From an uncultured Pirellulales bacterium (GTDB lineage: Bacteria; Planctomycetota; Planctomycetia; Pirellulales; Lacipirellulaceae): DNA of 53,471 nucleotides. The notes beneath the pieces were generated by a model. That model made no database searches. It was given only the letters and a program-made list of their open reading frames with translations, and was not told where the DNA came from. The position numbers and the translations under genes are program-made. The stretch is from assembly GCA_947258835.1 (NCBI GenBank), contig CAMYJY010000002.1, positions 10,692-64,162 of the forward strand. Reading direction: 5' to 3'. Of the stretch, positions 8,765 through 18,399 are shown in pieces (within the stretch, counting starts at the first letter, position 1; every line of letters starts with the position of its first letter).

Positions 8765-11700
8765 CTAGGGGGCCGGTGCGGTGGCCGTGCCTTTGATGTA
8801 GGCCCGCACCCGCTCTTGATATTCTAGCGGGGTGCGGCCGCGATAGGCATCCTGCAGGTCGCGGAGTTGATCCGTGGCCGTTTTTGACTGGAAACCATAA
8901 CGCCGCCGAGGAGATAAGCCTAGGCTCCGCAAAGCGTCATCCAGTTCTTGTTGGGCCGCAGCTGGAGGGTTCTCTGCCTGGGCCTGGGCGCGGAGGTTTT
9001 TCCAACGGTTCACAAATTTCCGCAATTCATCTTGGTTCCAACCCAGTTTGTCTAGCAGCTGTTGGTCTACCGTGTTTTTTTGCAGCTGATCCTCCAGACG
9101 CTCCAGCACGAGATCCGTCTGCTGACGTGCGTAGTCCAGATTGGCTGCGTCGCCCGGTTCGATTTCCCCTGATGGAGGTGGGGCGCTGTCGCCACCCGAG
9201 CCGGCTGCCGAGGCCTTGCCCGAGTTGGTGGAGGGGCGTGAGGTAGACGAAGCCGGATCGCCGGCTTGGTCGAGTTGCGAGTTGCGAGTTGCGGGGCGCG
9301 AGTTGGGACTGCCGGGTTGGTCGAGTTGCGAGTCGCGAGTTGCGGGGCGCGGGTTGGGACTGCCGGGTTGGTTTTTGTCCGCGGCTTGATCACCCGGTTG
9401 CTGACCCGTCTCACCCTGGCCTGGTTCCGTACCGCCCCCCTGGTCGGCGGCCTGCTGCGTGCCCGCACCGCCCGTGCCTTCCCTGGCAGTTGGCTGTCCC
9501 GCACCCTCTGCCCCAGCTCCCGATCGATCACCGCCTTGACGACTCGAGGTCTCTGAGGTGCCGCGGTCGCGGCCTGGTGCCTGTGGATCGTTGTGCTGGC
9601 TAGCGGCGCCAGCGTCTGTGTTGTCATGCGGTTTTTGGGGGCCGTCGCTGGGAGCGGAGCCCTGGCTTGAACCGGGGGTGTTGCCCCCAGTGTCTGGCTC
9701 AGATATTGAATCTTCTGCAGTGCCAGACGGTGAGTCCGCGGGTTCTTCCGTTGCGTTGTTGGATGGCCGCTGATCAGCGGTGGGGGTACCTGTGGGGGCG
9801 GTTGAGGGATCCTGCTGGGTGGGGTTCTGGTCGCGCGCACCATCTGCCGGGCTTGCGTCTGTGTTGTCGCTCGCCTGCTGGTCTTGGGCCGCGTCCTCCG
9901 ACTGCGTGGTGGTGGGATCGGGACGCTGATCGCCGGCTTGTCCCGCGGGCGACTGCCCGTCAGGGGACTGCCCGTCAGCGGACTGCCCGTGCTGGGATCG
10001 TTCCTCGTGGCCCTCACCGGTTTGTCCGTCACGCGGCTGTCCCTCTGATGCGTCACGTGATTGATCCGGGCGCGAAGGATCGCCGGCAGCCTGCCCATCA
10101 TGTGCCAGGTCGTCGGAACTGCCGTGTTGGTCAAAATGTTCTGCCATCCGCTGGAAGGCCGTGCCGTCGTCGTCTCCCGCAGGCGAAACTTGTTCCCTTT
10201 CCTGCCGTTCTGCTGCGCTGGCGGACTGGTCACCGGGCTGTGGGGGACGCTGGTCATCCGCTGTCTGGCCCGCATCCGGGTCCTGGCTCCCATCTGGAGA
10301 TCGTTCGGACTTGCCACCCGCTGCGGGCTCGCCACCGGCATCGCCGGACTGGTCGGACCCTGATGGTCCGGCACCACCCGCACCGTTTTCCGTCGCGGAT
10401 TCCGTGGATGAACCCTGCTGGCCAGCGCCGCCGCTCTCCCCAGCCGCTGCGTCCGCCTCAGCGCCCTCTTCACCCTCTGCTCCGCCCTCTGCGCCGGCGG
10501 TCTGCTCTGGCTGGGGATTTTCGGCGGGTTGCGTCTCGTTCTCACCCGGCTGCGGGGTTTGCTGTGGGTCGTCTGCCGCTTGGTTGCCGCGTGTCGGTTG
10601 CTGTGGGTCAACGACCCGCAAACGCTGACGCGGAGTCGCGGCCACGTTGGCGGTGGGCCGGCGATTGTCGGCCGCGACGCCCCAGTATTCCAAGACATCG
10701 CCGACTCGCAAGCCGAGTTCCGCGGGTGTTTTGCGGAGCTGGCCTAAGAAACGCCCGCGGTGATCTTGGCTCAGCAGGCGTTCGGTCACGATTTGTTTGC
10801 CGGCAACTTCACCGCGCAGGCTGACTTCCTGGACTGCAAAATCAGGATCGCGGGCCTCGAGTTGGAATTCGATTTCTTCCTGGAGCGTCACTTCCCGGAT
10901 GGACTCGGCAGGTAAAAGCAACTGGATTTCGGGAGCGTAGTCGGGAATGACATCAATTTGGTATTGGGGGGGGAAACGATTGTGCCGACCACTGGTGGTT
11001 TGGTAACGCAAAACATAGTTTTGGTAACGCGGGTTGCGACCGTCCAATTCCAGCGGGAAGGTGACGGTGGCCTGCTGTCCGTCGGCCTCCATGCGCAAGT
11101 CCTGCCGACCGTCGGCGTCAAAATCTACGTGCGCTGTCGCAATCGGTTTATTCGCGGTGGCGACCAGGGTCACCCGCGTGCCCACGAGGGCTCGAATATC
11201 TCCCGTATGTTGCACTTCTCGGGAGGGGTAGCCCGTGTAGTCCGGGTAGTTGTAACGCAACTTCTGGACGACCAGGGTGGGCCTGGCGAAGACGGTTACT
11301 TGATAGCGGGGCGAACGCGCATCCCCCGCTTCGATCCAATAGGTGAGATCCTGCTCGATGCCGGCCGTTTCCCCGCGCGCCAGGGAGTGGGGGAGTTGGC
11401 TTACGTAACGGAAACCGTCGCTGGGGGGCGTCATGAGATGCCGTTGATCGACTTGCTGCTGGTCGCGGGTGGTGTACACCAGCTGGGCCGTTTCCTCGGG
11501 CTCCAGCCCCAGGATTTCGGCGGCTATGCGCAGTCGTTCACCCCGTGCCAGGGAGGTGTCGCCCGGAGTGATAGCCGAAATTTGAACACGGCTGGGTACG
11601 GCGATAGGAGACCAGGGTAACAAGATCCGGGCCACCGAAGTCAGCGGATCTTTGGGGGAAACGATGCCATAGAGGGTGCACAAGGCAATCACACCGACCA

Positions 11701-12223
11701 GGATGTACCCCAGGCGGAGGGTCGCCGAGCGATCGATGCCGGTATCCACAGGTACCTGGGCCAGTCGCTGGGCAGCCTGCTGCTCGATGGCGTGGTACAC
11801 CCGTTGCGGCAGCTGTTGCCTTTGACCGCGGAGGAGGAGTAGATTGAGCAGGCTGTTTTTCAGCGAAGGGCTGCTGTGTTCGATGGCCTGGGCGGCGAAG
11901 GCCGGATTGATGGGCCGCCGTAGCAAGGGCCAAAAAATCCGTGTACCGTACCACGTGACTCCAAGGAGCAACACGCCGAGCAGCACGCTGCGCGCTGCCG
12001 GGCTCCAGCCGTGTGCCAGCACCCAGTGCTCCAGGGCGGCGACGGCCAACAAGTACACGAGGACCCCGATGGTCAGGGCGATCAGTCCTGTCGAGGCATC
12101 GACTATTTTGAGGGAGCGACGCGTGCGCTGGATTTGCTGGTCGACGAGATTGGCTGTCGGCGGGGCGCTGCCGGCAGCTTGCTGGGAGTTAGGCGGAGGA
12201 GAGTTGTGGGGGACGTGGGCCAT
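8765..12223 (-). CDS. Large membrane-anchored hypothetical protein (DUF4175-like layout) with long Gly/Gln/Asp low-complexity region
   Basis: 1152-aa ORF; 3 N-terminal TM helices, beta-rich middle (PDYTG, IPDYAPEI), disordered linker, C-terminal PLEYQERVRAY. Confidence 0.8.
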   Translation of the reverse strand: MAHVPHNSPPPNSQQAAGSAPPTANLVDQQIQRTRRSLKIVDASTGLIALTIGVLVYLLAVAALEHWVLAHGWSPAARSVLLGVLLLGVTWYGTRIFWPLLRRPINPAFAAQAIEHSSPSLKNSLLNLLLLRGQRQQLPQRVYHAIEQQAAQRLAQVPVDTGIDRSATLRLGYILVGVIALCTLYGIVSPKDPLTSVARILLPWSPIAVPSRVQISAITPGDTSLARGERLRIAAEILGLEPEETAQLVYTTRDQQQVDQRHLMTPPSDGFRYVSQLPHSLARGETAGIEQDLTYWIEAGDARSPRYQVTVFARPTLVVQKLRYNYPDYTGYPSREVQHTGDIRALVGTRVTLVATANKPIATAHVDFDADGRQDLRMEADGQQATVTFPLELDGRNPRYQNYVLRYQTTSGRHNRFPPQYQIDVIPDYAPEIQLLLPAESIREVTLQEEIEFQLEARDPDFAVQEVSLRGEVAGKQIVTERLLSQDHRGRFLGQLRKTPAELGLRVGDVLEYWGVAADNRRPTANVAATPRQRLRVVDPQQPTRGNQAADDPQQTPQPGENETQPAENPQPEQTAGAEGGAEGEEGAEADAAAGESGGAGQQGSSTESATENGAGGAGPSGSDQSGDAGGEPAAGGKSERSPDGSQDPDAGQTADDQRPPQPGDQSASAAERQEREQVSPAGDDDGTAFQRMAEHFDQHGSSDDLAHDGQAAGDPSRPDQSRDASEGQPRDGQTGEGHEERSQHGQSADGQSPDGQSPAGQAGDQRPDPTTTQSEDAAQDQQASDNTDASPADGARDQNPTQQDPSTAPTGTPTADQRPSNNATEEPADSPSGTAEDSISEPDTGGNTPGSSQGSAPSDGPQKPHDNTDAGAASQHNDPQAPGRDRGTSETSSRQGGDRSGAGAEGAGQPTAREGTGGAGTQQAADQGGGTEPGQGETGQQPGDQAADKNQPGSPNPRPATRDSQLDQPGSPNSRPATRNSQLDQAGDPASSTSRPSTNSGKASAAGSGGDSAPPPSGEIEPGDAANLDYARQQTDLVLERLEDQLQKNTVDQQLLDKLGWNQDELRKFVNRWKNLRAQAQAENPPAAAQQELDDALRSLGLSPRRRYGFQSKTATDQLRDLQDAYRGRTPLEYQERVRAYIKGTATAPAP
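9266..9367. repeat. 51-bp tandem duplication built on GAGTTGC heptamers, inside a CDS
   Basis: Units 9266-9316 and 9317-9367 are nearly identical; the same heptamer forms the gcvPB insertion. Confidence 0.9.
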
Positions 12224-12413
12224 GGACTTCGGAGAGAAAAAACGTGCTCGCGGAAGCCTAGTAATCTCTGCATAGGCCTCAATAATGCATTATACCGTAT
12301 ATCCGCGGTTGGTGTAGCGGGGCGCCGAGAGGCACGGTAGCCCGGGTGGGTACCCCCTGGCGGCTTGCCTGGAGGTGCTCAATTTTTGTCAAGCTGAGAT
12401 TTGTCTGGATGGG

Positions 12414-12504
12414 AACCACGACGAAACCACGGAAACAACGCCCACCACGAATCAACAAACGAAAAATAACGCTCTATTCGTCGTCGCGTTGTTTCGTTGT
12501 GGTT
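12414..12504. repeat. AACCACGA-type imperfect inverted repeat
   Basis: AACCACGACGAAACCACGGAAACAACG versus CGTCGTCGCGTTGTTTCGTTGTGGTT; related to AACCACGAAGAAAAGAAGAGCACGAAG copies near 21798, 52993 and 53312. Confidence 0.7.
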
Positions 12505-12595
12505 TTTTTTTGCTTGGATGGACCCCGTTATCCCGGCAACATCGTGTTCCACTGTTTTACGCCCACGCCTGAAAATCCACCCGCGGGAGGTAACA

Positions 12596-13660
12596 CTGCT
12601 GCGACCAACACAATTTCGTGATGTAGTTCGTGGTCGCCAGCGCAGCTGGTGGGCTGGGCCCTTGCGCGCAGTGTTGGGGATGTTGGAATGGCCTTATCGC
12701 GGGATCGTGCGGTGGCGCAATCGCCGCTACGATGCAGGGCGCGCGGCAAGTTATGCCGTCCCGGTGCCGGTGATCTGTGTGGGGAATCTAACCTTGGGCG
12801 GCACAGGCAAAACACCCCTGGTGGAATGGCTGGCAGGTTGGCTGAGTCGTCAGGGTATCCGCGTGACGATCGTCAGCCGCGGGTATGGTGCGGCCTCGGG
12901 TGAGCTGAATGACGAGGCCCGCGAACTTCAATTGGCCTTGCCGGAGGTGGCCCATGTGCAAAATCCCGATCGTGTCGCGGGCGCGAAAGCCGCGATTGCG
13001 CGGCACCACGCGGAGGTGATTTTGCTGGATGATGGTTTCCAGCACCGCCGTTTGCAGCGTGATGTCGATGTGGTGCTCCTCGATGCCACCGAACCTTGGG
13101 GCTTTGAGCACGTGTTCCCCCGGGGGACCCTCCGCGAGCCTCTGGCAGGGTTGGCGCGGGCACACGCCGTGGTGCTCAGTCGAGCGCAGGCCCTGGATCG
13201 TGAATCCCGGCAGGCGATTCGACAGCGGGTGGCCCAACTCGCTCCCACGGCCGTTTGGTGTGAAGTGGCGTATCCTCCCCGGGCACTGATCACGTGGGCC
13301 GGTGACCGCAGGCCCTTGGCCCAGCTCGCCGGCCAGCGGGTGGCCGCTTTTTGCGGTATCGGCAACCCGGCAGGGTTTCAGCAAACGTTGCAGCAGGTGG
13401 GGTGTGAAGTTGTTGGTTGGCAGGAATTTCCCGACCATCATCGTTACACACCGCGGCAAATCGACGACTTGGCCAAGTGGGCGCTGGCCTACGAGACGGT
13501 GCTGTGTACACGCAAGGACCTCGTCAAATTGCAACGGAATCGACTGGGGTCCACTCCTCTTTACGCACTCGCCATGGAGGCGGAGTTCCTGACGGGCGAG
13601 TCCGAGCTGCTGGCCCGGTTGCAGCGAGCGTTGGCTGTGAAAGAAATGAACGCGTCCTAA
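12596..13660 (+). CDS. lpxK: Tetraacyldisaccharide 4'-kinase
   Basis: PVICVGNLTLGGTGKTP, VSRGYG, LLDDGFQHRRLQRD, PRGTLREP, FCGIGNP and FPDHH motifs. Start uncertain: the track start (12497) is inside a repeat; a CTG after GGAGGT is proposed. Confidence 0.95.
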   Translation: MLRPTQFRDVVRGRQRSWWAGPLRAVLGMLEWPYRGIVRWRNRRYDAGRAASYAVPVPVICVGNLTLGGTGKTPLVEWLAGWLSRQGIRVTIVSRGYGAASGELNDEARELQLALPEVAHVQNPDRVAGAKAAIARHHAEVILLDDGFQHRRLQRDVDVVLLDATEPWGFEHVFPRGTLREPLAGLARAHAVVLSRAQALDRESRQAIRQRVAQLAPTAVWCEVAYPPRALITWAGDRRPLAQLAGQRVAAFCGIGNPAGFQQTLQQVGCEVVGWQEFPDHHRYTPRQIDDLAKWALAYETVLCTRKDLVKLQRNRLGSTPLYALAMEAEFLTGESELLARLQRALAVKEMNAS

Positions 13661-14040
13661 CCAATCTGCACAATTAAGTTGTTGATCAAACGCTCGTATT
13701 CCATCACACCCATGGCCGCATGTTGCGCCAGCTGCTTGGTATAGAATGTATTACATTGGCCCGAAAGTACTATGGCATTTTCGGAAACGTGCACATGGAG
13801 GTTCCGAATTCGACCTGTGAGGCGTCTTTCGATGCGCTGCCGGATGCGATCGGCCAACGGTGCAACGTCAAGCTGTGGGCAGGTTGCACTTGGGTTTCGC
13901 TCGATGCGTGTCACGGAGTTGCCTTCCAATGCTGTAGAAATTCCTTGAGAAGCCGCAGCAACCGCAGTTGCTGGTGGCGACATGGCTCTGCGAGCAGACG
14001 TGGTGCGAGCCATTGGTCGCGGGTGGTTCGAATAGATCAT
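13657..14040 (-). CDS. Small BON-like domain protein
   Basis: RIRNLHVHVSENAIVLSGQCNTFYTKQLAQHAA...LINNLIV matches the BON-like pattern; GGAGG-type RBS upstream. Confidence 0.75.
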   Translation of the reverse strand: MIYSNHPRPMARTTSARRAMSPPATAVAAASQGISTALEGNSVTRIERNPSATCPQLDVAPLADRIRQRIERRLTGRIRNLHVHVSENAIVLSGQCNTFYTKQLAQHAAMGVMEYERLINNLIVQIG

Positions 14041-14133
14041 TTCCCTACCTCCAGTTTAGGGGGGAGCCCACCTCCATCTGTTTGTTAATCTATGCTGAAC
14101 TACTCTTGAAGGTCAACCGGAAACTGAGAGAAG

Positions 14134-14811
14134 TTACTCAGCTAGCTTACCCAAGTCAAGCAGCTTCTGAATCACTTGATCCGCCAGTTCCGCGGCAGGG
14201 GTTTGGTTGGCATCCAGGACCAGTTCGGCTTGGCAGGGTGGCTGGTAGGGGGCACTGACGCCGGTGAAGTCCTTAATTTCTCCAGCCAGGGCCTTTTTGT
14301 AGAGTCCCTTAGGATCCCGGGAGGCGCAGGTCTCCAGCGAGGCATCGACAAAGACTTCCACAAAATCGCCGGCCGCCAGGCTGGCCCGCACCGTATCCCG
14401 GTCTTCGCGGTAGGGGCTGACGAAGGCGGTCAGCGTGATCAGCCCCGCATCGCACAACAAATTTGCCACCGCGCCCACCCGGCGGATATTTTCCTGGCGA
14501 TCTGCCGACGAAAACCCCAGGCCAAACCGTTCGCTGAACGACTGGTCGTAGCGCTGGGCGAGCATGGGGGGGGGAGCATTCAGTCCGTGGCGGACATTGT
14601 CCCCGTCGAGCACATAGGTGTGGACACTGCGGGCGTGCAGTTTTTGGTCCACCAGATTGGCCACCGTGCTTTTTCCCGAGCCGCTCAGTCCGGTGAACCA
14701 GACCACACAGCCACGATGGCCGTTAAGATGCTCACGCTGGGACCGTGAGACGGCCTGTTTGTGCCACACCACCAGCGGCTCGTCACGGGAAGATTTTTCA
14801 GTGGGGGACAT
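14134..14811 (-). CDS. cysC: Adenylyl-sulfate kinase
   Basis: [13 protein letters not shown]-loop, [33 protein letters not shown] and FTGVSAPY motifs. Confidence 0.97.
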   Translation of the reverse strand: MSPTEKSSRDEPLVVWHKQAVSRSQREHLNGHRGCVVWFTGLSGSGKSTVANLVDQKLHARSVHTYVLDGDNVRHGLNAPPPMLAQRYDQSFSERFGLGFSSADRQENIRRVGAVANLLCDAGLITLTAFVSPYREDRDTVRASLAAGDFVEVFVDASLETCASRDPKGLYKKALAGEIKDFTGVSAPYQPPCQAELVLDANQTPAAELADQVIQKLLDLGKLAE

Positions 14812-14820
14812 GGAGGCCCT

Positions 14821-17037
14821 CTACGGCATGTTCATGGCCGAGCTTTGTCCTCCCGCGGCCACGAGGTAGGCCTGCTCTACGTAATCCATCACCATCCGGT
14901 GGGCGCTAAAGCGGGCGGCCAGGGTGGCGATGGAGTTGGCCATGCGACCAATCCATTCGCGGGGTAGGCCGTCCGAGTCCCGCTCATAAAACAGGGGAAT
15001 CACTTCGTCCCGCAACACCCGCAGCAGGTCCTCGGCGTCGCGGTCATCGCCGACTGCCGTGTCCGCATGTTGCGAGCCGTGGCCAATGCCAAAACCATTC
15101 TTGCCATTATATGCTTCGGCCCACCAGCCATCCAGAATCGAGCAGTTGAGACCCCCATTGAGGACAACCTTTTGGCCGCTGGTGCCTGACGCCTCCAAGG
15201 GCCGGCGGGGGTTGTTGAGCCACACGTCGACGCCCTGCACGAGATGACGCGTCAGATTGATTTCATAGTCTTCCACAAAGACGATTCGCCCGCTGAAGGC
15301 CGGATCGTGACGCAAGTTGGCAATGGTCTGGATAATTTTTTTACCCGGCTCATCCGCTGGGTGCGCCTTGCCAGCGAAGATGAATTGTACGGGGCGATTG
15401 GGATCGCTGATCATTTCCACGAAGGCGTCCAGGTCGTGCAGCAACAGATTGGCCCGTTTGTAGGTGGCAAACCGCCGCGCGAAACCGATCGTCAACGCGT
15501 TGGGATTGAGCATGTTGCGGGCTGCTTCCACCGCCGACTCATCCTCATTCCGCCAGCGACACTGACGACTGACGCGGCGACGTACAAAATCCAATAGCCG
15601 ACTCTTCAGCACGTTATGGGTTTCCCACAGTTCGCCCGGATCCGCCTCGTAAATTTTTTGCCAGACGTTGGGATTGCCCATCGATTTTTGCCAATCCGCT
15701 CCCAAATACTTGTCGTAGAGCAGCTGCATCGGGGAAGCCAGCCAGCTGGGCACATGGACACCATTGGTGATGTGACCGATGGGCACCTCTTCTTCCACCC
15801 GCCAGGGCCAGAGATGGGCCCACATTCTCCGCGAGACACAACCGTGCAGGGAGCTGACGGCATTGGCGCGGCGTGACAATTTCAAACCGATGACCGTCAT
15901 GCAAAACGTTTCGGCCTCATTTTGTGGCTCGACACGTCCCAGGCCCATCAATTGCTCGTTGGTAATGCCCAGCTGTTGGCGAAGCGGGCCCAGGTGCTCC
16001 TCCACCAAACCGCCGTCAAAGCGATCGTGCCCGGCAGGCACGGGGGTGTGGGTGGTGAATACGGTTTGCTGGGCCACCTCACGGAGCGCGTCATCAAAAG
16101 CCAAGCCATCGTCCTGCATTTTTTCGCGGATAACTTCGAGGGGGGCAAATGCGCTGTGACCCTCATTGAGATGATACACTCCCGGCCGAATTCCCAGGGC
16201 CCGCAGGGCCTTGATGCCACCCACGCCCAGCACGAGCTCTTGCCGGATGCGGGTGCGAATGTCGCCACCGTACAGCCGCGAGGTCAGTTCCCGGTCTTCC
16301 GGGCGATTGCCCTCCACGTCGCAGTCCAGCAAATACAACGGGATCCGCCCGACCTGCATCAACCAGACCTTGGCCTGCAGTTGCCCATCCAGCGTGTCGA
16401 TGGAAATCGTAATCGGTTGGCCCTGGACGTCACGCGCCGGGGCCATGGCCAGGTTCTCCACCTTGGTATCGAGGTACTCTTCTTGTTGCCAGCCGTCCTG
16501 ATCCAAGTGTTGCTTAAAATAACCTTGGTCATAAAATAAGCCGACTGCTACCAGAGGTATGCCTAACCCACTGGCACTCTTAATATGGTCTCCCGACAGC
16601 ACGCCCAGGCCGCCCGAGTAAATAGGCACCGACTCGTGGATCCCGAACTCGGCGGAAAAATAGGCCACTGGTTTCGAGCCCAGCACGCCCGCGTGACGCG
16701 CACCCCACGTCGTTTGCTTATTTCCCAGGTATTCGTGCAAGCGACGATGCGCTTGATTGATCCGCGTGTACAACACCATTTCCGAGGCCCGCTCGGCCAC
16801 TTGGTCCGGGGTCATCTCGGCCAGCAAGGCAATCGGGTTGTGATCGACTTGACGCCAACGTAGTGGATCCAAATCGCGAAACAGACTGACCACCTCCGGG
16901 TGCCAACTCCACCACAAATTGGATGCCAGCACCATGCATTTTTCATAGAGTGCTGGTGGTGTAATTTCGGTCCAGTCGTTACGCGGGGGGGAGGTCGGTG
17001 GGCTGGGTATTTTTGTTTGGCTCATGATGCTTGGCAT
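14821..17037 (-). CDS. glgP: Alpha-glucan (glycogen/maltodextrin) phosphorylase
   Basis: NLWWSW, YSGGLGVLSGDH, HLNEGHSAF, FTTHTPVPAGHD, GFARRFATYKR and EASGTSGQK PLP motifs. Confidence 0.96.
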   Translation of the reverse strand: MPSIMSQTKIPSPPTSPPRNDWTEITPPALYEKCMVLASNLWWSWHPEVVSLFRDLDPLRWRQVDHNPIALLAEMTPDQVAERASEMVLYTRINQAHRRLHEYLGNKQTTWGARHAGVLGSKPVAYFSAEFGIHESVPIYSGGLGVLSGDHIKSASGLGIPLVAVGLFYDQGYFKQHLDQDGWQQEEYLDTKVENLAMAPARDVQGQPITISIDTLDGQLQAKVWLMQVGRIPLYLLDCDVEGNRPEDRELTSRLYGGDIRTRIRQELVLGVGGIKALRALGIRPGVYHLNEGHSAFAPLEVIREKMQDDGLAFDDALREVAQQTVFTTHTPVPAGHDRFDGGLVEEHLGPLRQQLGITNEQLMGLGRVEPQNEAETFCMTVIGLKLSRRANAVSSLHGCVSRRMWAHLWPWRVEEEVPIGHITNGVHVPSWLASPMQLLYDKYLGADWQKSMGNPNVWQKIYEADPGELWETHNVLKSRLLDFVRRRVSRQCRWRNEDESAVEAARNMLNPNALTIGFARRFATYKRANLLLHDLDAFVEMISDPNRPVQFIFAGKAHPADEPGKKIIQTIANLRHDPAFSGRIVFVEDYEINLTRHLVQGVDVWLNNPRRPLEASGTSGQKVVLNGGLNCSILDGWWAEAYNGKNGFGIGHGSQHADTAVGDDRDAEDLLRVLRDEVIPLFYERDSDGLPREWIGRMANSIATLAARFSAHRMVMDYVEQAYLVAAGGQSSAMNMP

Positions 17038-17298
17038 GTTGAGTGAGGAAGCTGGGACCTCGCGGAGTCCGCGAGGGGGTGATTTCGAATTATAGCCAAT
17101 TTGGGCTACGATGCGATGCGGAATTGAGAGCTTTGTTGATTGTTGTACTGCCGTTCATTGCGGAAGAGGAGTTTAGGCTTTAGAGTGGAAGACCTCCCGA
17201 GGCGTGGTGCCGCTCCAGACAACCTGAAGTACGTAAAGTACCACAGCGGAGCGGCAGCCAGCCACGGCGAGTTACCACACGGCAGTCAGGGGCTCGCT

Positions 17299-17354
17299 CC
17301 CAGGAGTGTCTGGGTTTCCAGGGTGTCTGGGTTTCCAGGGTGTTTGGGGTTCCC
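17299..17354. repeat. About 17-bp tandem repeat CCAGGGTGTCTGGGTTT x3 in the glgP/metF divergent intergenic region
   Basis: Directly visible degenerate triplication. Confidence 0.7.
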
Positions 17355-17518
17355 GCGGGCAGCAAAGATCCTCCACGGCAGGAGCGCGAGGTGCCCAGAC
17401 GGCTGCCTCTAGCGGTAAGCTGCGGTTTCCCCTCACCGCTTGATAGGATGAAATTCCGAGGTCTCAGTTTCCTGGCCGTGCAGCCCCCAACCTGACCACG
17501 CACACGAAAGAATCTTAG

Positions 17519-18394
17519 TTGATGACACTTGCTGCCGCTTATGCCTCAGGGAAGTTCGGTCTGTCCTACGAGCTATTTCCGCCCAAGACCGAGGCCGGCC
17601 TGGAGAGTCTGTTGGGACATGTAGCCAGGTTGGCCGCTTGGCGGCCGAGTTATATTACCTGCACCTATGGGGCGGGTGGTTCCACCCAAGACAGAACCCT
17701 GGAGGTCATTGCCGGGGTGCGTCAAAGATTCGAGCTTCCCGTCGCGACCCATCTGACGTGCGTCGGCTTGGCCGCCGAGCAATTGGGCCTGTATCTCCAG
17801 CGATGCTGGGACCTGGGCGTGCGGAATGTCGTGGCACTCCGGGGTGATCCACCCCAAGGCGAGCAAGACTTTCAACCGCCTCCGGGAGGTTTTTCCTACG
17901 CCAATGAGTTGGTGGGATATATTCGCGAAAAATTTCCGGCCATGGGAATTGCGGTGGGCGGCTATCCGGAAACCCACCAGCAGGCCCCCAGTCCGCAAGT
18001 CGACCTAGAAAATTTGCGGCGGAAGGTCGCTGCCGGGGCGGATGTCGTGATTACCCAATTGTTTTTCGATAACCGCGATTTTTTTGATTTTTGCGAGCGC
18101 TGTGAGCAAGTTGGAATTCGTGTGCCGATTGTACCGGGCCTGTTACCGGTCACCAATGGTGCGCAAATTCAGCGCATCGCGTCCCTCTGCGGGGCCAAAC
18201 TGCCGCCGGAGTTTACAGCGGAATTACTGCGTTATGCCGACGACCCGCAGGGACAGTTTGAGGTGGGCGTGGAATTTGCCACGCGGCAAACGGCCGAGTT
18301 GCTAGCAGCAGGGGTCGCCGGATTACATTACTATGTCTTAAATAAGTCGGCAGCGACCGAGAGGGTCTTGAGCTCGGTGCAGTTGCCCAGGTAA
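17519..18394 (+). CDS. metF: 5,10-methylenetetrahydrofolate reductase
   Basis: SYELFPPKT, TYGAGGST, HLTC, ALRGDPP, GGYPETH, ITQLFFD and HYYVLNK motifs. Confidence 0.97.
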   Translation: MMTLAAAYASGKFGLSYELFPPKTEAGLESLLGHVARLAAWRPSYITCTYGAGGSTQDRTLEVIAGVRQRFELPVATHLTCVGLAAEQLGLYLQRCWDLGVRNVVALRGDPPQGEQDFQPPPGGFSYANELVGYIREKFPAMGIAVGGYPETHQQAPSPQVDLENLRRKVAAGADVVITQLFFDNRDFFDFCERCEQVGIRVPIVPGLLPVTNGAQIQRIASLCGAKLPPEFTAELLRYADDPQGQFEVGVEFATRQTAELLAAGVAGLHYYVLNKSAATERVLSSVQLPR

Positions 18395-18399
18395 AGCGG

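Noticed and set aside
9067-10698. 543-aa alternative-frame ORF within the large membrane protein
   Set aside because: Arg/Pro/Thr-rich translation of a low-complexity GC-rich region; most likely a chance open frame.
17040-17518. SAM or SAH riboswitch upstream of metF
   Set aside because: I could not find the conserved cores by eye, only a GCCGCTCC/GGAGCGGC stem and a 17-bp tandem repeat. An Rfam scan would settle it.
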